DNA of 63,143 nucleotides, filler included, from Nemertoderma westbladi (taxonomy: Eukaryota; Animalia; Xenacoelomorpha): NCBI GenBank assembly GCA_032718475.1. It is 3 parts of 3 records of this genome, joined end to end, with 100 filler letters (N's around TTAATTAATTAA, not from the genome) between each part and the next. Parts side by side here need not be neighbours in the genome. Positions count along the whole stretch, not along the records: positions 1 to 24,164 come from JAUCBJ010004151.1; 2 more parts are not named here. One strand, given 5' to 3'. Both the position numbers and the translations under genes were made by a program. Position 1 is the stretch's first letter. Each line of letters starts with the position of its first letter. The notes beneath the pieces are model-generated. The model did not search any database, was not told where the DNA came from, and saw only the letters and a program-made list of their open reading frames with translations. Shown here piece after piece: positions 1 to 13,151 of the stretch.

Positions 1-1012
1 CCTCCCATTTCTTTGCTTTTAATCCGTTTAAGCTGAAACTTGGCAGATATGTATTAGACCATTAGCTGTGACTTTCAAAGGAGGCGAATCCATCTGCAGT
101 TCTCCAGTCTGCCGCTAGAGGGCCAAAGGTCTGAAAGTGAAATCGTTGTCGTCGTTACGATTTTGACATGCTAATAACTTTGTCGGATTTAAAGCTGCCA
201 AGTTGAAAATTTGTAGGTATCAATATGAGCTAAAGATGAGATTTTTGAGAGACTTTCAGACACCATCAGTGCAATGGTCTCCCGCTAGAGGGCCACATGT
301 CTAAACATTAAATGCCCTCCCATTTCTTTGCTTTTAATCCGTTTAAGCTGAAACTTGGCAGATATGTATTAGACCATTAGCTGTGACTTTCAAAGGAGGC
401 GAATCCATCTGCAGTTCTCCAGTCTGCCGCTAGAGGGCCAAATGTCTGAAAGTGAAATCGTTGTCGTCGTTATGATATTGACATGCTTATAACTTTGTCG
501 AATTTAAAGCTGCCAAGTTGAAAATTTGTTTTGTTGAAAATCAGTTCAACAGTCACCCGCTATAGGACTACTTTATGCCTGAAAGTGAATAGATTCTCCC
601 GTCTCATTGATTTTAATCAGTTTAAGCTGAATCTTGCCATATATTCTGGACCACATGCTGCGTCTTTGTGGGGGGGGGGGGGGGGGGGGGAGATTTAATC
701 GGTCTGCCGCTATACGACGAAATTTCTGAAAGTGAGATCCGTCTCTCATTTCGTTATCCGTTATTCAAGATGAAACTTGGCCGATGTACGTATGTACTAT
801 TCATCCATAGGCTGTGTCTTTGTGGGGCTGGAGACCCTAATCCATCTTCAGTTCTCACTATACCGCTAGAGTCAGAAATGTCTGAATAGAAATGAAAGAG
901 GTAAAAAGTGATTAGGCGAAATCTGCTTAAAATTTGCTAATACAGTAATACTTTCGAATTAGTACTTAAATTAAATTTAAGTCACGTGCTGCGCGAAGGC
1001 CCCACTTCGTGT
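1..1012 (+). mobile_element. 3' part of a HINE/Helentron-like non-autonomous element with internal ~315-bp tandem repeats
   Basis: The unit at 1-315 repeats at 316 onward and is near-identical to 40890-41460. It ends in CACGTGCTGCGCGAAGGCCCCACTTCGTGT, the same end as at 41731 and similar to 40348. Confidence 0.75.
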
Positions 1013-1396
1013 ACATATATATGTATAACCATCCAATATCTCAAAAACTCACAATCAGGTACGCAAAAATTTTAATAACTCTACATACAAACTCTACATA
1101 AATTTTGGTTGCGCACAAGACTGTATATTTTTTGTGGCGTTTCGATCACGGGGTCACTGAAAAATAGCGGTTTTGAAAATTTAAAGTCGTATTTCACCGA
1201 TTTCAACTCGTCGAGTATGCACCAACGTTTTTATTTGGGCTATTCAGTCATTTGAGAAACATATTTGAGCCTCAGAATCTTTTCAAATATCGCCAATCTC
1301 GCACAGAACGTCGCCAAAATTTGTTAGTCCGGCAAAAAAAACGCACAAATTCGTCTAAAAGAGTAAATTATTTGGTTGCAGAATAATATGATTCAA

Positions 1397-1879
1397 CTAG
1401 AAAAGCCAGCCAGCTGGCTATAAGGAGACCGTCCATATAGACAAACGTAGTGTTAGTTGGGTCCCTCATCATTCATTATCATCAACCTATAAACCATTTA
1501 AACGGCCCAGTGCTTACAATTCAATTACCTGGCCTCCCATCTAACATAGCAGTGAGTAACCTTATAGATTATTGTCATAGGATTCACTGGGAAGAGCTAT
1601 TCATCTGGTGGGGTAATAACAAACTTACAGTTGATGTTTGATTACTGTCTGGGTTAGAGTGAGATAGTAATAAATTTGGCAAGTAATATACTTCTCTGCA
1701 GTTTGGGCTATCCATTCAATAAATAGTAGTAGCTTACTAGGCCCACATGAGTACCAGCAGCTGGTGTTTCTATCGTTGAGTTGATGGCAATTTTCGTGTT
1801 TCCATTTTTGCTCACTCAGGGTACTGCGGTACTGGTTTGAGGGGCAGGTTCGTTTAAAGCCAGCTTGCTGGCTTTCTAG
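1397..1879. mobile_element. Non-autonomous element with inverted CTAG + hairpin termini
   Basis: CTAGAAAAGCCAGCCAGCTGGCT at the left and AGCCAGCTTGCTGGCTTTCTAG at the right are inverted. Each resembles a Helitron-type 3' end (hairpin followed by CTAG|T). Confidence 0.6.
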
Positions 1880-2698
1880 TACAATTATTGGAATAGACGT
1901 ACAATATGCAACTTCCAGCTAAAAATATTCAATAACTAATTTACATGTTCATCTCCAGCGGAAATATGAATGATGAGACTGAAATGAAAATTCCCAAAAA
2001 GTGCATCAAAAGATGGGGGTTCCAATTGAAGCATATAAAATTCGATGCTTTTCAGCAGTAAATTTATTATCAAAATATGGGGAAGCAATCGGATAAACTG
2101 TCTTAATTAACCTTCCTGGGGATTATTTTTTGAATGACAATTAAACAAAATCCTCATTGAGGCCAGGTGGGCATCAGTCGGATTATTGAGGAAAATTGTA
2201 TTTCTGCATCTAAAGGATATGCTACTTACGATTGGAGTGGATGATGGGAGAGTTAGCGGCTCACTCATTCCATTTCTAAACATAACCATAATATTTAATC
2301 GTTTTTACATATGCGTTAACATCTCAACTTTGATTAAAATATCTTGGAAAAAAGCGCCATAGAAATTACAGCATGTTCTAGAAAAGAAATTTCATTTTTG
2401 TAGCTATAGTAGTCCTATATTACATCATTTATTATTTTAAGGCATTCTAAACTATAGGATATGAATGTTGAATTTACTAGCTAATTTGCGTCAAAATTGC
2501 ATAGTAAACACAAACGAATTGGAAATTTCATGTAAATGAAAAATTCAAACATTTTGTGAAAATTATAATCAATTTTTGACTTTTATTTATTTTTTCCTAC
2601 AGACAAAGCAACCACACAAAATTATTACAGATTAAACATTTGATAATCTTAGCTAGGCTACTAGTGTATCAAGTGTCACCTCACCATATTACTAATAA

Positions 2699-3580
2699 TG
2701 GTACTAGTGTGTTATAGGTACACCCCCCCCCCCCCCTCAAATTTTTTTACTAGCTAGTTTTTGCTATTTCTTTTTATGAAAATGTTCTAGAACATGTTAG
2801 CTATTCAAAAATATATATATATATGTTCTAGAAAAAATAGTTTTTGTTCTAGAACAATTAAAAAAAAATTAAAAAAATTAATGTGCTATTTTTATTTTTT
2901 AATAATGTTCTAGAACATGTTAGCTATTCAGAACTAGAAAAAAAAGTTCTAGAACAAATAGTTTTTGTTCTAGAACTGTTCAAAAATATAAATTTTTTTT
3001 TAATTTTATTTAGAATTTGTTTCATATAATTTTTAATCGTTGCTGGCAAGATGGGTTTGGGAGGGGGGGGGGGGGGGGGGGGTAGCTAGTATTTTTTTAA
3101 TAGCTAATTAAAATTAACAAAATTCACTGTATTGAGGTCATTACTGTATATACAGAAATTAATGATAGGCCTATGCTTAGAATACTTAGGCCTGTACTGT
3201 ATAATATTTATTATTTAGCAGACAGCGGGTAATATTTTCTGATCAAATCCAACAGAGCTGAAAATGGGAATTCTTTGTGTAGAAGCTTTCCAACGAAACT
3301 CAGCTAGTTGTTGGGCGAAAGTCAAATCTTAGCTATAGAAATTCGATTATTCTAGAAAATTCACTTTCCTTGACATCAAATAAAACATAACTAACAAAAA
3401 ATAAAATTTGTAAGCTTTTTTTAAAATTTGTTCTAGAACAAAGAATATTTGTTCTAGAACATTTTATTATTTTTTTTTCAAATGTAGGCCTATCTCATGT
3501 TCTAGAACATTTCATAAAAATAAATAGCAAAAACTAGCTTGTAAAAAAAATGGGGGTGTACCTATAACACACTAGTACCA
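2699..3580. mobile_element. Foldback/MITE with long inverted arms
   Basis: TGGTACTAGTGTGTTATAGGTACACCCC at 2699 and its reverse complement ending at 3580. Both arms contain GTTCTAGAAC subrepeats. Confidence 0.7.
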
Positions 3581-3589
3581 CACTCAGAC

Positions 3590-3900
3590 ACTAGCTAGCT
3601 TATAAAAAAAGACACTAGCTACCGTAGCTAGTGTTTTTATAAGGTAGCTAGTAGTGTTTTTATAAGGTAGCTACTGTTTTTATAAGGTAGCTACTGTTTT
3701 TATAAGGTAGCTAAAGTATTTTTATAAGGTAGCTAGTGTTTTTATAATACCTAAAATATCTAAAACATTTATAAATATTTTAGCTATTTTTTTATAGTGT
3801 TGTAAATGCACTATATAAAAGTTTATGGCAATTTTAATAAATGAATCCTCATGTATTTTTAAAAACACTAGCTACCTTATAAAAACACTAGCTACCTAAA
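3590..3900. repeat. ~21-24-bp tandem repeats (TTTTATAAGGTAGCTA-) present in both orientations
   Basis: About 5 direct copies at 3630-3745 and inverted copies at 3590-3620 and 3860-3900. Confidence 0.7.
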
Positions 3901-4929
3901 AAAAATCACGAGCTATCACTCAATCGAATGCCAGTCAACCATCATCCATAAAAAAAATTGAAAAAGCCAATGCGAAAAATTTTACAAAATTTAACAATTT
4001 TCCCTTATGGTCGGTCACACAAGCTATAATGTTGTGCACTGGTGATATCTTTACAAAGGCCTATTATTAGTATAAATTACAGGCAGTAAGTTAAGAAGCC
4101 AAAATTTGACACTGACTGACTGACTAACCATATTACCTGCATCAATTTGGTGTGACTGCTTTGAAAGAACAAAATTAAAATCGAAAAATTTAATATTATA
4201 TTTCACATATTTACTTGCTATGTAATTTTGAGCCCCCAAATTGAACCTCACATTTTTGTGTCTCTGGACAATAAAATCGCGTGAAAATTAAATTTCTTGC
4301 TACTAAACATCGTCTGGACTGTGTGAGAATATCCAAACCAAAAATTGTTATAATTGGCCCCAAAATGGCTCCGTAATGACCAAAAGTGCCTTTTTGCGCG
4401 AAGGGCTATTTCTTCACCAATATTTGTTAAGATTTGTCGAAATTTGGAATATAGGTTCAGAAGAACCCTGCATCCAATTCTTCTGAACAAATTTTGCCTC
4501 AAATGCTTAGGGGCCTTTTTGTAACAAAAAGGCCCCAAAAAAGTGCTTTTATTTTTGGCCTTTTGGATTTAAAAAGACTCCAGGGCATTTCCAACCAAAT
4601 TTGTTAAGAATAAGTATGGAGAAGGGTAATCTTAACAAGTGTACCAAATTTCAACTCATTTCAGTTTAAATTAATTGGCGCAGAAATAGCCTTTATCATG
4701 AAAAACCGTCATTCTGAGATATTATAACTTTTTGTTGGCCACAGCTTTTGCAAAGTCGCCAGTGACGTCCAGGTGGGATCGAACTGGTGACGGTCCTTAA
4801 AGACGGCCATGTACTGTAGGGTTGAGCACAGTGGCAGCATATGATGGTATTGACAGATGGGAGGCCATGAGGAGGTAAATTGCGGACATACAAGGTATCA
4901 GATAGTATTTCCAGGTCTATCTTTTACCT

Positions 4930-5045
4930 GAGCCGCTAGCTGAACGGTTAGAGCGTCAGACTTCCAACCCGGAGGTCACCAGTTCGATCCCACCTGGACG
5001 TCACTGCCGACTTTGCAAAAGCTATGCCCAACAAAAAGTTATAAT
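4930..5045 (+). mobile_element. tRNA-derived SINE head (tRNA-Gly(TCC)-like), not a functional tRNA
   Basis: A-box TAGCTGAACGG, anticodon loop CTTCCAA, B-box-like AGTTCGATCC. The acceptor stem does not pair. An inverted partial copy lies at 4721-4791. Confidence 0.55.
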
Positions 5046-5981
5046 AATATGAAACCACTCATTCACCCATAACACCAATAATAAATGCTGAGATATGGCT
5101 TAAAGTTTAAGGAAAAATTCAAACCTTCCCGCTATTTTAGATCATACCATTTTTCTATGTTCAACAATAACTTTGTCAGAAATGAATGAAATTCAACGAA
5201 ATTTTTCATGCTTGCTAAACATATAACCAGTAAAACAACTTTCTAGCAATTATATTCATATCTGTACCGTGAGAGCCTTTTTTATGAAAAGGGCCCCGTA
5301 CAATTGTAAAATATATTGCTGCTCGAAAGCTTTTCAAAAATCAGACTAGCTCTTACGTTTTGGGTAATAACTTGAGTTTGAGAAAAGATATGAGAAAACT
5401 GCTTGCAGATTTGAAATCTCCATTAAATTCGGCACATGATAGAATAAAACATATTTTATGTCAATTTCCAAAATAGGGGTGTGCTACCTCCTCCCCCTCC
5501 CCCCTTAAGTTATATAGTAAATTCCGTATTCATGAACTGTAGTTTAGAATTCCTTTGACTAGGGTCTTGTAAATATATCTAGGAATTGTATAATAGCAGT
5601 GAATGAACTATAATTCTTGACAATTGTTTACGTAAGTTGTCAATTAATTGTAAATACACACACACTACTGCACTACGTATTAGTCACATTATATAATCTT
5701 GCTCTGTTATTTCTTACTTCGCCGCCCAACACGGCCGTGAATTTAATACTATGGTCTATTGCAAAATATTTACTTTCACTTTATCGTTGCAAATTACCTA
5801 TTACCAACAATAGTGGCGTACCGGTACCGGTACTCTGCTATGACGTCGAACCCAGCGTTTTGTTTCACTTAATTGCACATAACTAATGGAGTCGGGAGGC
5901 TATTGTTATTTTAGCGAAGAAGTTTTATTAATTCGAAGAAAATTACATTGTGCAACATGTAAGGTGGTTCAGTAGTTAGCT

Positions 5982-6129
5982 ATGTCGCAAGAAGCAAAGG
6001 GTGGTGGTAGTAAATATGAACTTCAAATTGTAGATGCCGTAACCATAGTACCCACAGACCAAAGAAACGTAAACCTTGAATCTATTGACGTGAAACAAAG
6101 TACTGACGTCGATATAGACAATCACACTG
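5982..6129 (+). CDS. SLC6 transporter, probable first coding exon (MSQEAKGGG...DNHT)
   Basis: Open from an ATG to a G|GTTAGT donor in phase 1, compatible with the exon at 8026. The N-terminal tail is unconserved, so support is from frame and splice sites only. Confidence 0.55.
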
Positions 6130-7249
6130 GTTAGTTCAAAAGGTTCCCTTAATAAATTATGTGTGACGCCACTGCCGAACAATTTGGAATTTATTTTTCT
6201 AAAATACCAAATATGTTAGATCAAGTGCTCGCGGTCGGTGGAGGTACGATGGCAACCATCGTTGAACTACGGTGGCCCATAACGGACATCATTACAACCA
6301 AAGACTCTCCATAGACCACCATTACCAAACCAATTGTTTGTGGCTGTCACGGCAGCACGGCACTACGGCAGTACGGCAACACAGCATTTGTTTGTTGTTG
6401 TCACAACACTACGGCAATTGTTTGTTGCTGTCACAACACTACGGCAGCACGGCACTACTGTACGGCAACACAGCAACAAATGGTCGTTTCCGCTCGGTTC
6501 AGGTCGTTTTATATTTTAGTATGTACGGACCGCATCGCCGTCCGCCATATTATCATTATCCCAAGAGTATCAAACATTTCTGTTGGGATTGTAGATGGAC
6601 CGTATACAGTAGAGCAGATGGTATAAATACTGTACAACATTCCAATCCTCTCACTTAGTTTTGCATTTGGTACAGCTTGTATAAAATGAATATTTTATTA
6701 GCTGACTGACTACAATCGTTTAATCTCGTAATAAACCATTTAAATAATTGTCTTTTTTTCATTATATTTCATAGTAGGGGTATTCGCCGTTTTTGAACGG
6801 CGATTTTTGTAGATTCGCTGAAAATTATGTCCTATAAAATAGTTTTCACATATCAGTATAATTTCTTGAATGTCGGCCTTCAAGTTTGCCAGAAGTAATG
6901 TCATCTGCATTACCTCCTCCTTACTTGATAAGTCAAAATTTTTATTTTTGGGTAATACTGAATTGTTATTATCGCTTTTATTCTTTAGCTACAAGCGTTT
7001 GAAAAAAAAAGTGCCTCAAGTGATATTTAATCAAATTTACGCCGCATTTATTATTCAACCTTATGCCGGTAGGGTATTATTGGAAGTGATGAAAAGCTGA
7101 ACATGCAATAATTCCAAAAATATGTAACACAATCTGAATATCCTTGAAAAAAGCTGTGATCTGAGCTTTCGAAAGTGATATGGTTTTGTAAATGCATGTG
7201 TGGCTGGCTCTACGTAGCTATTATACAAACTATATGTTCTAGAATATGG

Positions 7250-7600
7250 TGTGGGGCGAGCGACGAAAGTAAGCGAGCTTAGCATACAGGTACCACTAAC
7301 TCAATCGGGTGTGTCTGTTGTTCTGTCGATCTGTTGTTCTGTTGATCTGTCGATCTGTTGTGACCAATTTTAAACGTTAATAACTCAGCCAAATGTTAAT
7401 GAAATTTAACCAAAATTGGTACACATCTAGAGTCTGGCCAAAGTTTATAAATTTTCCAAGTCAAATTTCCGTGTGGCCTTCGAGAAGCTAAGATAATAGC
7501 AGTTAATTAGTTAATTATGTTGATTAGGGTAAAAACAGCATTTCAACCTGCCTCCTTAAAGGATATTAATTATTTTCTAGTATAAGATTTAAATAATTAT
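7250..7600 (+). mobile_element. 5' part of a TGT-ended HINE-like element
   Basis: Starts TGTGGGGCGAG and has a CTGTT/CTGTC microsatellite. It is the reverse complement of ~59740-60048. An opposite-orientation 3' end lies at 7776-7823. Confidence 0.7.
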
Positions 7601-8025
7601 ACTTAAAAATTATATAACTCATTACCCATAACCCATTCCATTATAGTTTTTAATTAGTTCAATAGATTTGCGTTAAGAAATGTGTTTTTAATTTATCTAA
7701 ACGTAATTAAGTTAAAATGCCTTCCATCACTCTAAACTTCCAGTCTCATCATTCCTTGGCATTCTTGATAGGGAAACACGTTCGTGGGGCCATCGCGCAG
7801 GACGAGGGTCAGTTATTAGATACAGACGAACGTATACCAGTTTACTCCACGCGATATAATTATTTATAGTTTACTTTTATCTTCACTACTGATAATATAT
7901 TATTGCTGCACATCTGCTTTGGGGGGGGGGGGGGGGCTGTTGTGGATAATTGAGTATTTAGGAGCAAAAAGAAACCTGTGAAAACCAGAAAATAAATTGA
8001 GGCTAAATCTATCAATTATTTACAG

Positions 8026-8135
8026 AATCATCAGCAGAAAAACCGCCTAGAAAAAGCTCCGCCAATAGTCCGGATGAAACTGCAAGAATTGTTGAATCGC
8101 TAGAAAGTGGCGGCAGAGCCTCCTGGGATAACAAG
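8026..8135 (+). CDS. SLC6 transporter coding exon 2 (...GGRASWDNK)
   Basis: TTTACAG acceptor and AAG|GTAATA donor. Encodes the RxxWxxK motif that precedes TM1 in SLC6 proteins. Confidence 0.85.
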
Positions 8136-8614
8136 GTAATAAATTTATTTTATGACTTATGTTAGTTTTGGTATAACGTACGTTAGTTTTGGTTATTTTT
8201 CACTATAGGAAAATTACTGAAATATTAATTATCACGAAATAAGGGAAACAAGCATGTTACAACGGAACGTGATTATAAACAAAACAATAAATGAAATTCA
8301 CATTCTACAGAATATTTTTGAATGAGATATTGTAGTGATTATATTTTAGAAAAATATAAATTTGAGTGACAAAAAAAATTCAGTGAAAAACCATTTAATT
8401 TAGTGGAAATGAAAATTGTTTCAGTGACAAAGAAACTTGTTTTATTTACCGGCCGCTGACTGGCTGACTGCTAAAGTGTAGAGACTGTGAAAAAATGTCA
8501 CGCGTTTTTCCCAATGAATAATTAAGCATTCATAACGCTCGTGTCTTAACACTAACTAACACTGACTTAGTAGTTCACTACGTTGACAATTAATTACTTT
8601 ATTACCCCATCTAG

Positions 8615-8702
8615 ATACAATACATTCTCGCTGTGGTTAGTTTCGCCGTGGGACTTGGAAATGTTTGGAGATTTCCTTATTTAGCCCAAAAAAATGGAGG
8701 GG
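8615..8702 (+). CDS. SLC6 transporter coding exon 3 ([29 protein letters not shown])
   Basis: Carries the SNF family signature [14 protein letters not shown] acceptor and G|GTAAGT donor. Confidence 0.95.
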
Positions 8703-9002
8703 GTAAGTAAGTTTATTTATGTATATTGGTCCCCCATTAATCAAGGCATTAATTATAATGAAATAAAATTCTTATTTTAAATTAAACCATTTTTTAAGAC
8801 CATTTGGCTCAAGCTGTTACTGCGACTGCGACGATTCCCAATATTAATTAAAGTAAAAAATAAAATAATGTTCCATAAATAATTTATTTACGATTCTGTA
8901 AATTCTGTAGCAATTTCTCAAATTATAGCACAATGAATGATGGGGGTATAGAAGTAGGCCTATTAATTATCTAAAGTTAAAGTTTATATGAAATATCTAT
9001 GG

Positions 9003-12000
9003 TTAATATCGACGACCGTAGAACTCGCGATAACATCTATCCGGGTCGGAATCCGAGAAATCTAGACAGTCGACTATTTTATCGCACACATAATTTCCCG
9101 GAATACACTGATGGCTCTTGTCACACCAGAAGCCCTGGATACGAGCGCAGGACCAGTAGTCTGAGTAGCTGTGGTAGAGATTCATCTCGCTCGGAGACAT
9201 ACTGATACGTTGGGGTGTGCCCGAGAGAGTAGAACCTTGGACTTGCTGACGTCCTTCTTCACGTTCGTTTCCAATGGGTACACTAGTTCGGGGATCTGAA
9301 AAAAAGTAATAGTAAATAAATGGTGAAATTTTAAATAACTCATATATTATTGATACAATATTTCCTACGTTCTATGGGAGTACATTATTCGTAGATGGTA
9401 CTCCCGACTCACCTCGGTTTGTGGTCCTCGGTACTTCGCAGACATAGGCCCTCCTCCTACGGCAGTGGTCGTCCGAGAGACAGTTACCCGCGACGTCGAA
9501 TACAACGCAGTCGGCGCCCTTCCGGACGGTGCCATAGGCGCGGTTGTTCGGCTCATCGGCGCACCAGTAGAGGTCGGAATCCAGCACTGTGTCGTCGGAC
9601 CAGACGAACTGGCCCTCGCTGGCAGTGTCTGCGAGTCCCACCCAGGCGTCCTTGTCTCCGTCGACCTTTGTGATTAGTTGGATGTGCTGGTCGTGGGTTT
9701 TTGGTCGCATCAGGTAGCCGCCGAGTCTGTTACAGTGGCGGGACGCGTCGCTGTGTGTCTTACGATCCAGAATGTAAACTAAGTCGGTTTCCTCTAGATA
9801 AATAAATATAAATGAACAATTAACTCAATCGCAACTTGGCAAATAAAATTGTTTGTTTTGACTTCGTAACAAAATTTTACAAATAATTGATATTTATTCT
9901 TGCGGCCAACCTTTTGGGGGTACGGTAGCTGTGTCTTCTAATCCCTGTAGAACATCTTTAAGCTTATCGATGAAATATTCAGCTGACATTGGGTGGTAGA
10001 TGAACTCATCATCAACCTCGTTTACATCGGCCAACGGCTGTTCTGGGACAACGGGAACTGAGATGTGTGGTACCGGGGGATAAACCTCGCGTTGCGAATA
10101 AGGCGAACATTGTCTCCAATCCTCGTCAGAGAAATCAGCGCAATCCACGTACCTGTAGGATAAATAATTAATTGTATGGGGGTGCACTCTCTGAACCTAC
10201 TTGTTGCACTTCCACTCGTTGGGGGTGCACTCTCTGAACCTACTTGTTGCACTTCCACTCGTTGGGGATGCACTCTGAACCTACTTGTTGCACTTCCACT
10301 CGTTGGGGTTGCACTCTCTGAACCTACTTGTTGCACTTCCACTCGTTGGGGATGCACTCTCCGCTGACTTGGCACACAAATCCATTCATTTGGTAGCAGT
10401 GCAACGGGTTACCGAAGGCGTTAACCAAGCGCAGCTCGCGTTCCTGCATCACGTAATTGTGCGCTGTCGGCGTCTGGATCATTGGCTTGTTGGGGTACCG
10501 AATGTTGTTAACTACCTCCCGACCAAGGTAGTTGTTCTGGGCGGTGGGGTTGAACGTTTCGGCGGTTGGGTTGAAGAAATTAGGGTTACCCATTCGTGGT
10601 GTCATATCGACAGTCTCACACATCGCGTCCATGGGGATACACTTGTGGGTAGTACGGCACCATTGTTTGGTAACATCAGTTGCGCACGTCTCTTCAGCGA
10701 TATCTACAGAAACATTAAAGATAAATTAGAATTGAGTTATTTCTATCATTTACTGCAGCACCCTGCAGGAACAATGAATTAGTATTGCAAATTGAATAAT
10801 AAATAAGTATTTTAATGGATACAAAATATATCAGCGACGTACCTTCAGCACTTTTGGGTTCTTCAGTAGGACAACCGAATTCATCCGCACCACCCATGCA
10901 GTCGGGCTCGTTGTCACAGACGAACATGGGTTTCAAGCATTGTAGAACGCTGGGCTGTTTGTAGCACATGAAGGCGTTGTCGCACAATCGACGCGACATG
11001 CAGTAGCTGGGGCTCGCGTGTCCGTTGCAGGAAACCTGAGTCACGTGCATGAAGTATCCCAAGTCGCCTTCCAACGGATTCCACTTATCTACGGGAATGT
11101 CCCGCCAATTACCACTAGGAATGGAACCCTGAAAGATAAATAATTATACTAAATTATTAAAAATATTAATCTTGACCCAAAATACATAAAAAATTATATT
11201 TTTTAGTTAAAATATAGTTTTTCATACAATCGCTGACTATTTAACTCACGAGTAAATCCTTATGGGGACCCTCTACTTCCCACCATTTGGAATCTCTACC
11301 GCGGCACAAATCGCAGGTTTCTATGAACAACGACTCCTCCTTGGGGTGGACTATGGTTGGTTCGTTCTCCGGGATCACGTAGAACTCGCAATAGTTGACA
11401 GTCCGCAGCCACACCTTGCAGTCCTCCGGTTGGGCCTGCCATAGCAACGGGAGTGGATCCGGTCGGTCGGTAGGGGCGGTGTCTGCTGTCCCGACGTCGG
11501 ATGTCCGGTAGTAGTACGGCCAACCCCAACCGGTTCCGACGCTAACATATGGGTGTGTGTAGGCGTAGTCATAGTAATACGGACGCACCGAGTTCCATAG
11601 AACCTGAAAATATATAAAGGATAAATAAAATCAATAAAGTTATTATTTGGCCAAAATAAACTGAAATTGGCAGCTTTAACACCACATTATTGAGCATTCG
11701 GCATTCACAGGCTGCCACTGCCAAAATTACAATTGTATGGTGAGCGGCTGCAGTACGCAGATAAGATGAATAATTAATTAATCAAGAACAATAAAATTAC
11801 TTTACACTCCTGTATCATTATCACATGACTGAAACACCTGCCAGTTTTCTTGAAGCATCATGCTGTCATGCAATTCAATTGATACAATGGTTCTTGTTTA
11901 TAAAAATTGTAAAATCGTCCAATAGGCTAAATAACAAAATTCGGGCCATATCGGATATGACTCTACTAGTGCACAGACAATTAAATCTAACATCAAATTG

Positions 12001-12206
12001 TCCAGAATTATTATTAATGAATTATAGACAAAATATAATAATTCCAACTTTAATTAGTGAGTCAATAATTAGCATTCGAGAAAACACATACAGGAGAATA
12101 GTAAATAATTAAATGAATGCGTTAAACTTACCGGCCAATGACCAAAAGAGAGTGATGAGTAGCAAACAATGAGAAGTGCCACTCTCGAGAGAGAAGAAAA
12201 CTCCAT
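9003..12206 (-). CDS. Secreted LDL-receptor class A repeat + C-type lectin protein, 7 exons (12206-12132, 11603-11250, 11128-10843, 10703-10328, 10152-9911, 9793-9413, 9295-9003)
   Basis: Signal-peptide-like MEFSSLSRVALLIVCYSSLSFG. All junctions are GT-AG and phase-compatible. LDLa motifs CDNEPDCMGGADE, CNKYVDCADFSDE and CDKIVDCLDFSDSD. CTLD with WVGL and EPN motifs. Confidence 0.88.
10179..10361 (-). repeat. ~41-44-bp tandem repeat (4 copies) spanning the exon-4 splice donor of the lectin gene
   Basis: GCACTCTCTGAACCTACTTGTTGCACTTCCACTCGTTGGGG is repeated. Confidence 0.9.
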
Positions 12207-13151
12207 GGTTAATTACCAAATAGAATAACAGATTCAATAAATAACCCTCAAAGTTACACAGTAACCTAAAGTCAACTTCGGCCTAAACTTAAATATAAAA
12301 TGAGTACTGTGAAAGGGTATATTTGCTTCATATAAACCAACGACTAGTATGGTTGACCTTTGACTGCTACTTATCACCCTTGTGGTATCAGCAAATCACA
12401 TCCAATCAACTCGAACAACCTACCAGGTGAGCTGAGTTGTAGATTGCTATCGCTCTATTATATTGACATTCGGATGCCTAATGTAACTGGTGGTTAATTG
12501 GAATCCATATTACGTTGTGGTAAGGTACACCCCCAGTATACACATTAGTAATTGATGGCGTTGTAGTTGTTATCACCTAAATTGGATGTTGCTCTGGCTT
12601 GTACATTAGCTTGTGCCGACGGTATAGATGGATTATCATTAATTACGATCCCAATTCCATCTCTTTTCAAACTCCAACACCGCACTACTTATTTTCTATT
12701 TGTAATTTTATTATATTGGTATGTGTCCCCTTACCCCCTCAAATTCTTCAAACAGCAACAATTTCTTCCCCATTGACAGAATATTATGTTTACTGGAGCA
12801 GATAACAAATGAAAGTGAAATTACTAAAATTAATATAATATAACAAATTATATTACACGGAAAACAATAGCGCTACTATTTTAAGTCGAAACTGAAATGT
12901 ACACATACAGTTTCGAGAACGAGCGAGGTTAATTACGTATCAAGGGGTTAAAGGGAAATAAAGCTATTGGTTTTCATATAATTCGTGAATTATTATCTTT
13001 AAATTGAGGTTCACTTAACCGCAGCGCACTCCTTCCATGTCGAGTTGGCGTCTCACCTATACAACCGTCGTTCGCTCGAGCTGTTTTTTCACTAGGTTAC
13101 TCTCACGTCATCACCTCGCGAAGGTCAACTACCGGTTATTCCGTAGTTCTC

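Noticed and set aside
4930-5001. tRNA-Gly gene
   Set aside because: Acceptor and T stems do not pair properly, so it is better explained as a SINE head.
6340-6475. 128-aa ORF over ACGGCA repeats
   Set aside because: Low-complexity tandem repeat inside SLC6 intron 1.
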